The translations under genes were made by a program, and so were the position numbers. The notes under the pieces are model-generated. The model was not told where the DNA came from. It made no database searches and was given only the letters and a program-made list of their open reading frames with translations. From an uncultured Syntrophobacterales bacterium (GTDB taxonomy: Bacteria; Desulfobacterota; Binatia; UBA9968; JAJDTQ01), in NCBI GenBank assembly GCA_964438895.1, contig CAYTMJ010000003.1, positions 126 to 64,125 of the forward strand: a stretch of DNA of 64,000 bases, given 5' to 3'. The first letter of the stretch is position 1, and the number at the start of each line of letters is the position of its first letter. Positions 1-10,061 of this stretch are shown here, piece after piece.

Positions 1-968
1 TCAAGGACGTAGGCGGCCTTCTCACTCCCGAACGTACCCGTGCGCTGGTTCCCATCGTACTGGAGAACATTGGCGACACCCCGGTTGAGTTCCATGCCCA
101 CTGCAACAACGGCCTGGCGCCACTCAACTACCTGGAAGCCATCAAGCTTGGCATGACTACTATTCACACAAGCGTACCGCCGCTCGCTAACGCATCAGCC
201 CAACCTTCGGTCTTCAATATGGCCAGAAACGTGCGCGCCATGGGACACGAAGTGTCGGTCGACGAAGAGGTACTGAAACCCGTAAGGGACCACTTCAACT
301 TCGTCGCCAAACGAGACGGGCTACCCATCGGCAAGCCAGTTGAGTACGACGAATCCCAGTATCTGCATCAAGTACCCGGGGGTATGATCTCCAACTTCGT
401 ACACCAACTCCGTCTCGTGGGCATGGAAGATAAATTACCCGCCGCACTAGAAGAGGCGGCACGAGTGCGTGCAGAGTGGGGTTATCCCATTATGGTAACA
501 CCACTCTCGCAGTTTGTAGGGACCCAGGCAGCCTTCAACGTAATCCTTGGGGAACGCTACAAGCAGGTCAGCGACCAGTCCATCCAGTACGCTTTGGGGA
601 TCTGGGGTCAGGAAGGTGCCGAGCTCATGGATCCTGACGTCAAAGACAAGATCCTGAGCCGACCCCGTGCTAAAGCATGGACCAAATGGGAACAACCGGA
701 GCCGTCGTTAGCGGAACTACGGTCCCAGCTAGGCGGACCCTCTATATCCGACGAGGAACTGGTGCTGCGGGTCTACGCGGGCGTCGACGAGGTCAAGGCC
801 ATGATGGAAGCTGGGCGACCACGCGAATACCTGAGTGCGAGCCAACCGTTGGTGCGTCTCATCAACGAACTCACCAAGCAGACCGAATACACCCAAGTCT
901 ACATTCGCAAACCCGGCTTCTCGCTTGCGCTACAGAAAGAGGCGCCGGCGCTCAACAATCGTCGTTAA
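1..968 (+). CDS. Pyruvate carboxylase subunit B / oxaloacetate decarboxylase alpha-like carboxyltransferase (5' end outside window; no biotinyl domain)
   Basis: The frame is open from the window start (KDVGGLLTP...EFHAHCNNGLAP). HQVPGGMISN and GYPIMVTPLSQFVG are PYC_OADA motifs. Confidence 0.85.
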   Translation, partial: KDVGGLLTPERTRALVPIVLENIGDTPVEFHAHCNNGLAPLNYLEAIKLGMTTIHTSVPPLANASAQPSVFNMARNVRAMGHEVSVDEEVLKPVRDHFNFVAKRDGLPIGKPVEYDESQYLHQVPGGMISNFVHQLRLVGMEDKLPAALEEAARVRAEWGYPIMVTPLSQFVGTQAAFNVILGERYKQVSDQSIQYALGIWGQEGAELMDPDVKDKILSRPRAKAWTKWEQPEPSLAELRSQLGGPSISDEELVLRVYAGVDEVKAMMEAGRPREYLSASQPLVRLINELTKQTEYTQVYIRKPGFSLALQKEAPALNNRR

Positions 969-1008
969 ACCGGGCCTAGCAAGCGGGCACAAGAGCACCC
1001 TATCCCAT

Positions 1009-2103
1009 TCACGCTTCCACTGACATGGCTGCAGGAACCGGCATATCATAGAGCCGCGCAACGTTGTCCCGCAGTAGCTTCGCCCGAACGTCGTCCGGAA
1101 GGTGACCCAGATCCCTTGCCACCACGTCCCTCGAGTGTGGCCACGTGGAGTTGGCGTGCGGGAAGTCGTTGGACCACATACAGTTGTCAGCTCCCCACCA
1201 AGTCAGGTTACGGGCACCCACCGCGTCATTAAAGAATGTGGCGAACACCTGCCGATTGAAGTACTCTGTGGGCAACTTATCGATAGTCAGCGGCTCCGTG
1301 GGTCGGTGACGGTCGAAGTAGTAGTCCCACTGCTCTAATACGTAGGGAAGCCAGCCGATCTCATTTTCAACAAGCACAACCCTAAGCCGCGGATAGCGCT
1401 CCAACACGCCCGAGAAGATGATGTCCAGGAGGCTATCAGTGATCTCTGCGAGCTTGAGGTTGACACTACCGCGATACCGCTCCAGCCCCTTACGGTCATA
1501 ACGCGTCTTGACGTAACCGAAACCCGTGAGAATGTGAACGCTGACCGGCATCTCCATCTCCTGAGCTGCCGCCCAGAAGTGCTCGTAGTGATCGGTTGTA
1601 AAGGCCATCTCCTTGGGTGGAACCTGCCAGATTAGGGCGCCCCGTAGACCTGCGTCCTTACAACGACGTAACTCCGCCACAGCGTGGTCCATATCGTAGG
1701 TGGCGATCATTGGCACACCCACCAACCGGTCCAAATCCACCTGACAATATTCGATCAGCCAGTCATTGTAAGCACGACAACACTCCTCCTGCAGCCGGGG
1801 GTCTTCCTCCGAAAACAGACTTAATGCGTAAGTAGGATACAACACCTCAGCACTGACACCGTCCACTGCCATTTCCTTGAGCCGGGCCTTAGGGTCTGAG
1901 CCACCGGGGTGGGTTTGAAATCCTTCTCCCACCTTCAGCTCGGGGAAGCGCGGAGCGCGATCACGCATGGCTTGGGAAACACGACTCACCAGGGTATCCG
2001 CTGGCTCCATCACGTGGGAATCGGATGAAAACAACAACTCGTCGGTTGCGACCCCTCCAGTTCCCCTGAAAGTCCGGCGATAAAGGCCCGTGTCGATGCT
2101 CAT
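1009..2103 (-). CDS. Amidohydrolase family protein (Amidohydro_2)
   Basis: SSDSHVMEP, AYNDW, SVHI, ENEIGW and WSNDFPH motifs. Confidence 0.9.
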   Translation of the reverse strand: MSIDTGLYRRTFRGTGGVATDELLFSSDSHVMEPADTLVSRVSQAMRDRAPRFPELKVGEGFQTHPGGSDPKARLKEMAVDGVSAEVLYPTYALSLFSEEDPRLQEECCRAYNDWLIEYCQVDLDRLVGVPMIATYDMDHAVAELRRCKDAGLRGALIWQVPPKEMAFTTDHYEHFWAAAQEMEMPVSVHILTGFGYVKTRYDRKGLERYRGSVNLKLAEITDSLLDIIFSGVLERYPRLRVVLVENEIGWLPYVLEQWDYYFDRHRPTEPLTIDKLPTEYFNRQVFATFFNDAVGARNLTWWGADNCMWSNDFPHANSTWPHSRDVVARDLGHLPDDVRAKLLRDNVARLYDMPVPAAMSVEA

Positions 2104-2185
2104 GAAAGGCTCCTTTCGTAGTATCGTCTATGTAGTCTCTTCTCTTAAACTCTTACGCCAAACTGCCTGTCGTTGCCACCCCACC

Positions 2186-3478
2186 TCAGGCGCGGTCAGA
2201 GTCGGCGATCTCCAGGGCCGCAAAGGCGTACATCCGGGCTGCAGCCAGAAGGTCGTCCACCTTCTGCATTTCCCCAGTAGCCGGCTTGGCGTCAGCGGCT
2301 TCTGGAGATGGACCGCATTTGATGGCTGGGATTCCTACTTCCGCAAACACTGTCAGATCTGCATACGTGCTAGTAAAAGCGTTGCGGATGGGTTCTACCT
2401 TACGACCCCGAACGAATTCGTGAGCTTCTTCCATAGCGGCCACCAACGGCTCGGCGCCTTTGGATTCGTACCCGTTCACCGATAGAAACAACGAGCACTT
2501 AGCCTCGATGTCCGTATCAGCAATGACCCCCCTAACCTCACGGAGCACGTCGATGGCACGCTGGGCTGGCGTCATGAACGCTTCCACGTATAGGTTACAG
2601 ATAGCCGGAGAAAAGTTAGGCTTGAATGGGGCACCACCGAAGATGGAGCCAATATTGACCTTGGGAATCATCGTAGCAGCTGCGAACTCGTAACGGTGCT
2701 CCTGCTCATATCGGCGGCCCCAGTCCTCCAACGCGGGAATGATGGATGCCATTCGAACGACCGCGTTCTTGCTCTGTCTCGCATCGACCGGATGGTCCAC
2801 AAACGGTGCATACATGGGCTCGCCATACGTAGTTATTTTAATGAACACCGCGCCACACTGCGCCCAAGTGATGCGAAACTGGGAAGGCTCCACCACAATA
2901 CAGTAGTCCCCCACTACCCCGTGGGTCACGAGGTACCGCGCACCGTGGCCTTTCCCTCGGTATGCAGGACCCTGATAGTGGTCCACTGGCGAGCGGCCGA
3001 TTTCTCCGGCAACACCGGTAACAATGACGTCACCCTTGAGTTTGACGCCGCTCTCCTTAAGCGCCTTAGCCATGGCCAACGTACACGTGAGCGGTCCCTT
3101 GTCATTAACAATGCCGCTTCCGTAGATGACGTCATCCTCCCGACGCGCCAACGCCTGCCACTCGGGCCGACTGGTGCCAGTGATCCACAAGTCTTCCTGG
3201 GTCCCCGCCAGAGCCGTGTCCATATGTCCGTTGAACAATAGAGTCGGACCCTTCCCCGTACCCGGGATAACACCCACCACATTGGCGCGGCCGGGCTCCG
3301 TGTGCTGAAGGAAGGTCTCTATCCCCTGCTTCTGCAGCCAGTCGTGGATAAAACGGGCCGCCTCCTCCTCACTTCCAGTAGGCGTTGGGATGCTGACCAC
3401 ATCCATGGCCAGCTTAGCCAACTCCTCCCGGTCGATATGGGAAAACACCTTTTCCAAGATCGCCTGGTCCGTTTGCAT
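2186..3478 (-). CDS. M20/ArgE-DapE family metallo-deacylase/peptidase
   Basis: LLFNGHMDT, GSGIVNDKG, AGEIG and VEPS motifs. Start moved to the ATG at 3478, which follows an upstream GGAG-containing RBS-like tract. Confidence 0.85.
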   Translation of the reverse strand: MQTDQAILEKVFSHIDREELAKLAMDVVSIPTPTGSEEEAARFIHDWLQKQGIETFLQHTEPGRANVVGVIPGTGKGPTLLFNGHMDTALAGTQEDLWITGTSRPEWQALARREDDVIYGSGIVNDKGPLTCTLAMAKALKESGVKLKGDVIVTGVAGEIGRSPVDHYQGPAYRGKGHGARYLVTHGVVGDYCIVVEPSQFRITWAQCGAVFIKITTYGEPMYAPFVDHPVDARQSKNAVVRMASIIPALEDWGRRYEQEHRYEFAAATMIPKVNIGSIFGGAPFKPNFSPAICNLYVEAFMTPAQRAIDVLREVRGVIADTDIEAKCSLFLSVNGYESKGAEPLVAAMEEAHEFVRGRKVEPIRNAFTSTYADLTVFAEVGIPAIKCGPSPEAADAKPATGEMQKVDDLLAAARMYAFAALEIADSDRA

Positions 3479-3578
3479 AATGCGAACTCCCTCCGTCCGA
3501 CCAACGCTAGCCGACACGAGCGAGCCGAGTCAAGTTGTCCGATTCGGTGTAATTAGCAGAAGCAGCACCTGGGTGAAT

Positions 3579-3608
3579 TTGACACCGGCCAATGGGATCA
3601 GGTATTTT
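3579..3608 (+). promoter_or_regulatory. Putative sigma70 promoter for the UbiD-family gene
   Basis: TTGACA followed ~17-18 nt later by (G)TATTTT in the divergent intergenic region. Confidence 0.35.
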
Positions 3609-3736
3609 GGCGGTTTCGCTCTCAACCGTTTCATTTCTCTGCAACGCCCGCGTGTCCAGGCCACGTCGTGGCTCAACGGGACTACTGGAACACACCAAGT
3701 CGTCGATTAAGAAGTCGACCCAAACAGGAGGCCACA

Positions 3737-5362
3737 ATGGGCTACGCGGATCTACATGAACATCTGAGGCAGCTTGAGGAGGCGGGGCATCTGCGCCGCA
3801 TCAATCAGACTATTAACAAAGACACCGAGTTGCACCCGTTAGTGCGCTGGCAATACCGTGGCGGCATTCCCGACGAGGAACGAAAGGCTTGGTATTTCTC
3901 CAACGTCACGGATTCCCGAGGACGGCGCTTCGACTTTCCCGTGGTTGTGGGTGCCCTAGCCGGAAGCAAAGCCATCTATTTTCTCGGCATGGGGTGCAAT
4001 AGCGCCGAAGAGATGGACAAGAAGTGGAAGGATGCTCTCTCCAACCCCATCACGCCAATGGTGGTGGACAACCCGGTGTGTCAGGAACACGTGATGACCG
4101 GTGATGCACTGGAACAAGACGGCCTGGACAAGTTTCCGGTTCCGATCTCGACTCCCGGGTTCGACAACGGCCCGTACACCACCTGTTCCCACTGGATCAC
4201 TAAGGACCCAGAGACCGGCATCGGAAACATCGGCAACTACCGCGGTCAGATCAAATCCCGCACGCGGGTCGGCGTTTTCCCGTCCGGACTGGGCCAGGAT
4301 ATCTACCTCCACTGGAAAAACGCCCAGAAGCGCGGTGAGCCACTTCCCGCGGCACTAGTCATCGGCGCGCCACCCGTGGTGTCCTACGTTTCTGTGCAAA
4401 AGCTTGACTATGGCGTGGACGAGATGGCCATCGCCGGTGGCTTCGTAGGCGAGCCCATCCGCATGGCGCAGTGCAAAACCGTGGACCTACAGGTGCCAGC
4501 TGAGGCCGAGATTGTCATTGAAGGACATCTCAACACCGAGTTCGTGGAGCCCGAAGGGCCGTTCGGTGAGTCACACGGCTACATGCACCCACGCCAATTG
4601 AACCCGTTCATGGACGTCACTGCGATCACCCACCGCAATGACGCCATATACGTATCATGGCTCAGTCAACTCACTCCCAGCGAGTCGTCGGTCGTACGCA
4701 AGGTCGGATACGACCGGCTCATGCTGGTTCACCTGAGGGACCACTGCCGAATCACCAGTGTCACGCGGGTGGAAATGCACGAACCCCTGACCAACACCTA
4801 CAAGCTCGTCATCGTACAAATGAAGCGGCCCAAGGAGGCTGAGGTATGGCGAGCCCTTCATGCCGCATCATCCTTCCACCCCGGGGTCGGCAAAATCGTC
4901 ATAGCAGTGGATGAAGATATCGATCCAGCGGATGAGGCCGCTGTGTTCTGGGCCATGTGCTACCGCATGAAGCCCCACAAGGATGTCCAAATCATCGGCG
5001 GCATGGAAAAGGGCCACGCCCCACCGTTCCTCTACAATGACGAGAGCAAGGGAACGGACGTGGTCTCGTACCATCTACCAGCGGATGAGTCGGGAATGCT
5101 GTGTAACGCCATCCTGAAGGAGCCATTTCCCCCTGTCTCCCTGCCCAAGCGGGAATTCATGGAGCACGCTCGGGAGTTGTGGGAGGAGTTCATGCTACCG
5201 CCACTGAAGCCCAAGATGCCATGGTACGGCTACTCGCTAGGTCAATGGGACGACGAACTTGACGAGGAAGCCAAGCTGGCGGTGGAGGGCCGTTACTTTG
5301 AGACGGGCGAGAAGCTCAAGTCTCGGCGCGTCAAGGCCAGCGACGTCGAAGAGGATCACTAA
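3737..5362 (+). CDS. UbiD family prFMN-dependent (de)carboxylase
   Basis: NIGNYR, VPAEAEIVIEG, EGPFGESHGY and IAVDEDID motifs. AGGAGG RBS precedes ATG 3737. Confidence 0.92.
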   Translation: MGYADLHEHLRQLEEAGHLRRINQTINKDTELHPLVRWQYRGGIPDEERKAWYFSNVTDSRGRRFDFPVVVGALAGSKAIYFLGMGCNSAEEMDKKWKDALSNPITPMVVDNPVCQEHVMTGDALEQDGLDKFPVPISTPGFDNGPYTTCSHWITKDPETGIGNIGNYRGQIKSRTRVGVFPSGLGQDIYLHWKNAQKRGEPLPAALVIGAPPVVSYVSVQKLDYGVDEMAIAGGFVGEPIRMAQCKTVDLQVPAEAEIVIEGHLNTEFVEPEGPFGESHGYMHPRQLNPFMDVTAITHRNDAIYVSWLSQLTPSESSVVRKVGYDRLMLVHLRDHCRITSVTRVEMHEPLTNTYKLVIVQMKRPKEAEVWRALHAASSFHPGVGKIVIAVDEDIDPADEAAVFWAMCYRMKPHKDVQIIGGMEKGHAPPFLYNDESKGTDVVSYHLPADESGMLCNAILKEPFPPVSLPKREFMEHARELWEEFMLPPLKPKMPWYGYSLGQWDDELDEEAKLAVEGRYFETGEKLKSRRVKASDVEEDH

Positions 5363-6201
5363 CTACACTGGTGAAGGACGGCGAGAACTTCCTTGACTTC
5401 GGGGCCCGGATCGATACGGTCCTTGAACGGTGCTAGGCGACGGTAGAGATCGGCTGCGGCCTTGTGAAAACCCCCGGGCAGTCCAGCAGCCTCGAAGCTG
5501 GCAGCGATTTCCTCCATCTCACCCACGTAACGCCAGCCCTTCGGCGCAGCCACCAAAGCTGCGCGCTCGCTCTTGCGAGGGAGACTAGGTTGAGAACCTA
5601 CCCATTCCTGTAACAGCGCCTCCTCTACCCCCTCCCTCGCCGCCAACGCACGAATGGCCAGAATCAACGCGTCACTACCCTTGGTCCAAGCGGCGTAGGC
5701 CATCTTAAGGGCAGAGGCAGCTCCAACGTCACCCTCAATGACTCTGGCATCGAGCATGCTGCCAGAAAACAAATCTGCCACTGTTGCGGCCTCGGGCCCT
5801 GAAAGATAGAGGCGCGTCCTACCGAGCTTCGCCACGGGAGGACCAATGATGCCGCCGTCGACAAACTGGGCTCCACTCTTGTCGACTATATCCCTCACGC
5901 GTTTTGCAGTGGCCCGGGAGATAGCGTTGGCATCGAGGTACAACCCAGCAAAACCCAGATCGGCTACACCCTGGGCCACCCGCTCGGCCGCGTGCGGCGG
6001 GCAAACCGAAAGGACCGAATCGCTCTCACCGATCGCCTCGACCAGCGTCGCCACATCCACCAAACCAGCCTTTGAAGCCCGCTGCCGACTCTCCTCGCTT
6101 CGTCCACTCGAAACCCACAACACCCGGGCTCCGTTGACCGAAGCGCCGATGGTGGCGCCCATACTACCAGGATGCAAAAGCGTGACGGTCTTGATCTGCA
6201 T
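5359..6201 (-). CDS. NAD(P)-dependent oxidoreductase, 6-phosphogluconate DH-like with DUF1932
   Basis: LHPGSMG, SVCPP, DANAIS, VDGGIIGPP, ASALKMAYAAWTKG and WRYVGEMEEI motifs. Confidence 0.85.
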   Translation of the reverse strand: MQIKTVTLLHPGSMGATIGASVNGARVLWVSSGRSEESRQRASKAGLVDVATLVEAIGESDSVLSVCPPHAAERVAQGVADLGFAGLYLDANAISRATAKRVRDIVDKSGAQFVDGGIIGPPVAKLGRTRLYLSGPEAATVADLFSGSMLDARVIEGDVGAASALKMAYAAWTKGSDALILAIRALAAREGVEEALLQEWVGSQPSLPRKSERAALVAAPKGWRYVGEMEEIAASFEAAGLPGGFHKAAADLYRRLAPFKDRIDPGPEVKEVLAVLHQCS

Positions 6202-6398
6202 ACGTGCTCCGCGGACTTGTTGCCGGGTCAATTTAGTCACCAACCGACCCCTTGACCTAAGGAAGCGATATCACGACCTACTCCCCGTTTTCCAAGATGC
6301 GACTCGAGCTCACGACGCTACCACCGGCCACGTAATCTGTCAAAGTTTCCGGAGCGGCACCGGTGGTGGGTCCGTAGCGAACCGGGTATGATAGCGTA

Positions 6399-7118
6399 AT
6401 GTCTAAGCCAAAGGGGACCGCGCTCATTACCGGCGGAGCCAAGCGCATTGGTGCCGCCATCGCTCGCGCGTTGGCGGAAGATGGCTACGACATCGCGCTT
6501 CACTACCTCACTTCCCCCGAACCAGCCGAACGCACTGCAGCAGTGGTGCGGAAGTTAGGCCGGAAGTGCCGGTTATACCGATACGACCTCAATAACCACG
6601 CTGAGGTATCCGCTCTTATCCCTAGGGTGCGGGAACACTCCCCTGACCTGAACCTCCTCGTCAACAATGCGTCCATATTCGAACCTGGGAACCTCCAGGG
6701 GACCAGTCGCGAAATGTTTGAACATCACTTCAACATTAACCTTAAGGCTCCCTTCTTTCTCACCCAAGAGTTCTCGGGAGGTTGCGCTCAGGGCCAGGTC
6801 ATTAACCTCCTCGACAGCCGTGTAGGCCGTTCAGACCCGGAGCACGCGGTCTACACCCTCTCCAAGAAAGCGCTCCTAGAACTCACCCGCATGGCCGCCC
6901 GCGAATTCGGTCCCGAAATCCGGGTTAACGGAGTTTGCCCCGGAATGATTCTGCCGCCAGACGGAGTGGCCGTGGATGTGCTTGAACGACGGAGTACAAC
7001 ACTACCCTTGAAACGAATCGGCAACACAGCTAACTTGGTCGCCGCGGTGCTATTCCTGCTGGACAACTCCTTCGTCACAGGGGAATGTATCCACATCGAC
7101 GGCGGGGAAAGCCTCTAA
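6399..7118 (+). CDS. SDR family pteridine reductase (FolM/PTR1-like)
   Basis: TGGAKRIG (pteridine reductase-type Arg), VNNAS, YTLSK. Lies next to folX and folK. Confidence 0.8.
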   Translation: MSKPKGTALITGGAKRIGAAIARALAEDGYDIALHYLTSPEPAERTAAVVRKLGRKCRLYRYDLNNHAEVSALIPRVREHSPDLNLLVNNASIFEPGNLQGTSREMFEHHFNINLKAPFFLTQEFSGGCAQGQVINLLDSRVGRSDPEHAVYTLSKKALLELTRMAAREFGPEIRVNGVCPGMILPPDGVAVDVLERRSTTLPLKRIGNTANLVAAVLFLLDNSFVTGECIHIDGGESL

Positions 7119-7141
7119 CCCGATCACCGCACCAAGGTCCC

Positions 7142-7519
7142 ATGATTCAGAAACATCCAGTCAAGATCAACATAACAAACCTCCGGCTCCGTACCATCAT
7201 TGGCATCAACGAGTGGGAGCGCGAGACGAAACAGGACGTAATTATAAACGTCGAACTGGAATTGGTTCCGAGCACGACCTTTATCCGCGACACCATTGAT
7301 GAGACCGTTGACTACAAGCAGCTCAACAGACGAATAATCGCTGTAGTGGAAAGGTCCTCGTTTTTTCTCGTCGAGAAACTCTGCGACCACCTACTGACAC
7401 TAGTGATGGAGGATGCACGAGTTGAACGCGCCTGGGTCGAAGTTGCCAAACCGGCCGCACTCCGCTTCACAGATTCAGTGTCCGTAGAATGTTCGGCCGA
7501 AAGGGTAGGGGTGGAATGA
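7142..7519 (+). CDS. folX: Dihydroneopterin triphosphate 2'-epimerase / dihydroneopterin aldolase family (FolX/FolB)
   Basis: NLRLRTIIGINEWER..KQDVIINV, VDYK, FFLVEKL and KPAALRFTDSVSV resemble FolX more than FolB. Confidence 0.7.
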   Translation: MIQKHPVKINITNLRLRTIIGINEWERETKQDVIINVELELVPSTTFIRDTIDETVDYKQLNRRIIAVVERSSFFLVEKLCDHLLTLVMEDARVERAWVEVAKPAALRFTDSVSVECSAERVGVE

Positions 7520-7902
7520 ACCGTGCTGTCATCGGCGTCGGCTCCAACATCGCTCCCAAGTTCAATCTACCCAGGGCACGCGAGCGAATCGGAAAACGGC
7601 ACGTGATCGTAGCCGAGTCACCCCTGGTCGAAACAACCCCTATCGGCTGCGTCGACCAACCGGATTTTACCAACGGCGCGCTGTTGGTAGAGACCCGAAT
7701 GGATTGCGAGCAGCTGAAAGTTGACCTCAAGGCCATCGAGGTCATGCTTGGACGCCAACCCGAGACGAACCGCAATGGACCCCGAACCATCGACCTCGAC
7801 ATTATCGTATGGAATGGTGAGATCGTTGACCCCGATCTATACACTCGGAAATATCTACAAACCAGCGTCCTGGCGGTGCTACCGAACTTGAACCTGCGAT
7901 GA
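7516..7902 (+). CDS. folK: 2-amino-4-hydroxy-6-hydroxymethyldihydropteridine pyrophosphokinase
   Basis: IGVGSN, QPDFTNGA, LKAIE..LGR and GPRTIDLDII motifs. ATGA overlap with the upstream gene. Confidence 0.92.
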   Translation: MNRAVIGVGSNIAPKFNLPRARERIGKRHVIVAESPLVETTPIGCVDQPDFTNGALLVETRMDCEQLKVDLKAIEVMLGRQPETNRNGPRTIDLDIIVWNGEIVDPDLYTRKYLQTSVLAVLPNLNLR

Positions 7903-8906
7903 GTCAACATCGAAACGCGCGGTCGATTAGCCCAATATGCGCGATAGCTTGCGCCCTAGTAATGCTGTTGTCCATAGCCGACGACAGTTCTGGTAGCAGA
8001 ATCGAAGTCAAGGCGATTCCCGTGGCGCTCGACCCCGAAAAGCCTAACGTCAAAGTGGTCGGAAGGCTGGTGTTCTTGAGGGGCTTTGAGTTGGTCTCGG
8101 ACAATAGACGGTTCGGAGGGCTATCGGGCCTGGACGTCAGCGCAGACGGCAGGCAGCTCACGGCCATTTCGGACCGGGGTCGTTGGATGACTGCCGACCT
8201 TAGGCACGACCCGGCGGGACGTCTCGTTGCCCCTCGTTCCTGGCGCGAGACAACCATGCTGACGCCTACTGGCGCACCAGTCAGGGGACGCCAGCGCGAC
8301 GCTGAAGGTTTGACCCGAGTCACCCACGGTGCGTTCTTGGTCTCATTCGAGGGACATCACCGCATCTGGCGATATCCGACACTCACTACACCACCCCAAC
8401 CGATGAATACGCCTCGCACCTTGCGCGATGCTCCCGTCAACGGAGGGCTCGAAGGAATCACCACACTGCCCAACGGTGCGGTGCTCGGCGTAACCGAACG
8501 GCAAGCCAACGGGGACGGAAGCGTCAAGGGATGGGTCATGCAAAACGGCTCGACACAGGAGATCGCTTACAGATCGGCGAAAGGCCTCCACCCTACGGAA
8601 CTAGCCACCATGGCCAACGGAGACGTGCTCTTACTCGAACGGCGCTTCACACTGGCAAGGCGTTGCGTGCGCATCGTCCGTCTGACCGAAGGCCATCTCC
8701 ATAAAATACTCCGACACAAAGGTACCGCGTTGAGTGGAGAGGTCATGGCAGAACTAAAGCATCCACTATCAGTGGACAATTTCGAGGGTCTCGCGCTCAG
8801 GAGGGACCGAGCGGGACGGACATTACTCTACGTGGTGTCCGACAACAATTTCATGCCGTTTCAAAGAACTCTATTGTTCCAGTTTCAATTAATTGATGAC
8901 TCCTGA
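7899..8906 (+). CDS. Exported esterase-like activity of phytase family (beta-propeller) protein
   Basis: Signal-like N-terminus. FGGLSG, SDRG, DAEGL, NGGLEG, DNFEGL, SDNNF and QRTLL motifs. Confidence 0.85.
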   Translation: MSQHRNARSISPICAIACALVMLLSIADDSSGSRIEVKAIPVALDPEKPNVKVVGRLVFLRGFELVSDNRRFGGLSGLDVSADGRQLTAISDRGRWMTADLRHDPAGRLVAPRSWRETTMLTPTGAPVRGRQRDAEGLTRVTHGAFLVSFEGHHRIWRYPTLTTPPQPMNTPRTLRDAPVNGGLEGITTLPNGAVLGVTERQANGDGSVKGWVMQNGSTQEIAYRSAKGLHPTELATMANGDVLLLERRFTLARRCVRIVRLTEGHLHKILRHKGTALSGEVMAELKHPLSVDNFEGLALRRDRAGRTLLYVVSDNNFMPFQRTLLFQFQLIDDS

Positions 8907-8984
8907 ATCAAGAGCTAAGTTCTATTAGCCCGCGGCACCTGTTCACATCAGTTCTGAGTCTGCATTGATCCGCGGAGGAGGACC

Positions 8985-10028
8985 ATGAGCGTACAACAGC
9001 TTGACGACAAGCCACTCGAGAATCTGAGCCTAGACGAGCTCCACACGCTGTTCCGCCAGCGGGTTAGACCGGAGGTGATTGAGCACGTGATGGGTGCTGC
9101 CGAGACCGAGTCCACGCTCGAGCGAAACCGAGCCGCTTTGGACCGGCTGCTGTTCCGTCAACGGATCTTCCATGACGTCACCGACCCGGACACCTCGATC
9201 GAACTGTTCGGGCACAGGCTACCATCACCTGCGCTGATCGGCCCAGTGGGGAGCTTCCGGCAACTGCGCAAGAACGGCGAGCACGAGGTAGCTAAAGGCG
9301 GTAGCCTGTTCGGGACCATGGTTTTCATTAGTGGTGCTACCCAATCCACCGTGGACCAGTGGTCGGAAGGGATTTCGTCGCCGTTGGTGTACATGGCCTA
9401 CCTTAGCAAGGGACGAGATAAGGTACTGAACGCAGTGCGCAGGGCAGAAGAGATCGGCTACGCCGCCGTCGGGCTTACTATGGACACGCTACAGCCCACG
9501 AAGTTAAAGGATCGGATTCCCCTATCCTCGAACGGAAAAGCGCGTACGATCCATCCGTCATCGCCGGACGACGTTACGTGGCTTAAAAAGGAGGTGTCTA
9601 TCCCTGTGGTGGTGAAAGGGATCATGAACCCCGACGACGCGCGAATTGCCATCAACTCGGGCGCGGACTGCCTGGTCGTTTCCAATCACGGCGGTCGTAT
9701 CCTCGACTTCAATCGCGCCGCCATTGAGGTCTTGCCGGAGATTGTCGATGCTGCCGATCAACGTGTTCCAGTATTACTCGACAGCGGCGCTCGCAGGGGC
9801 GGTGACATCGCGAAGGCCATCGCGTTAGGCGCCCGCGCAGTGCTGTTAGGGCGACCCATTTGCTGGGGCCTCGGCGCCGGCGGACCGGAAGGTGTGGCGC
9901 GTGTGCTGTCAATACTAACGGACGAATTGAAAAGGGTGATGATCATGACCGGTACCGCGACCATCGCGGGCATCACACCGGGGCTTCTCAGTCTAGACCC
10001 GAACAATATATGGTTTAGGGGAATGTAA
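8985..10028 (+). CDS. FMN-dependent alpha-hydroxy acid oxidase/dehydrogenase family
   Basis: LTMD, VVKGI, VSNHGGR, DSGARRGGD and LLGRP motifs. GGAGGAGG RBS. Confidence 0.9.
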   Translation: MSVQQLDDKPLENLSLDELHTLFRQRVRPEVIEHVMGAAETESTLERNRAALDRLLFRQRIFHDVTDPDTSIELFGHRLPSPALIGPVGSFRQLRKNGEHEVAKGGSLFGTMVFISGATQSTVDQWSEGISSPLVYMAYLSKGRDKVLNAVRRAEEIGYAAVGLTMDTLQPTKLKDRIPLSSNGKARTIHPSSPDDVTWLKKEVSIPVVVKGIMNPDDARIAINSGADCLVVSNHGGRILDFNRAAIEVLPEIVDAADQRVPVLLDSGARRGGDIAKAIALGARAVLLGRPICWGLGAGGPEGVARVLSILTDELKRVMIMTGTATIAGITPGLLSLDPNNIWFRGM

Positions 10029-10061
10029 GTAGCACCACAGTCCAGCCACACGGGAGAACAC

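Noticed and set aside
5359-5362. 4-bp convergent stop overlaps (also 44196-44199)
   Set aside because: A common feature of compact genomes, with no evidence of special function.
8901-8912. 12-mer TCCTGAATCAAG, also present at ~20065
   Set aside because: Matches of this length are expected by chance in 64 kb.
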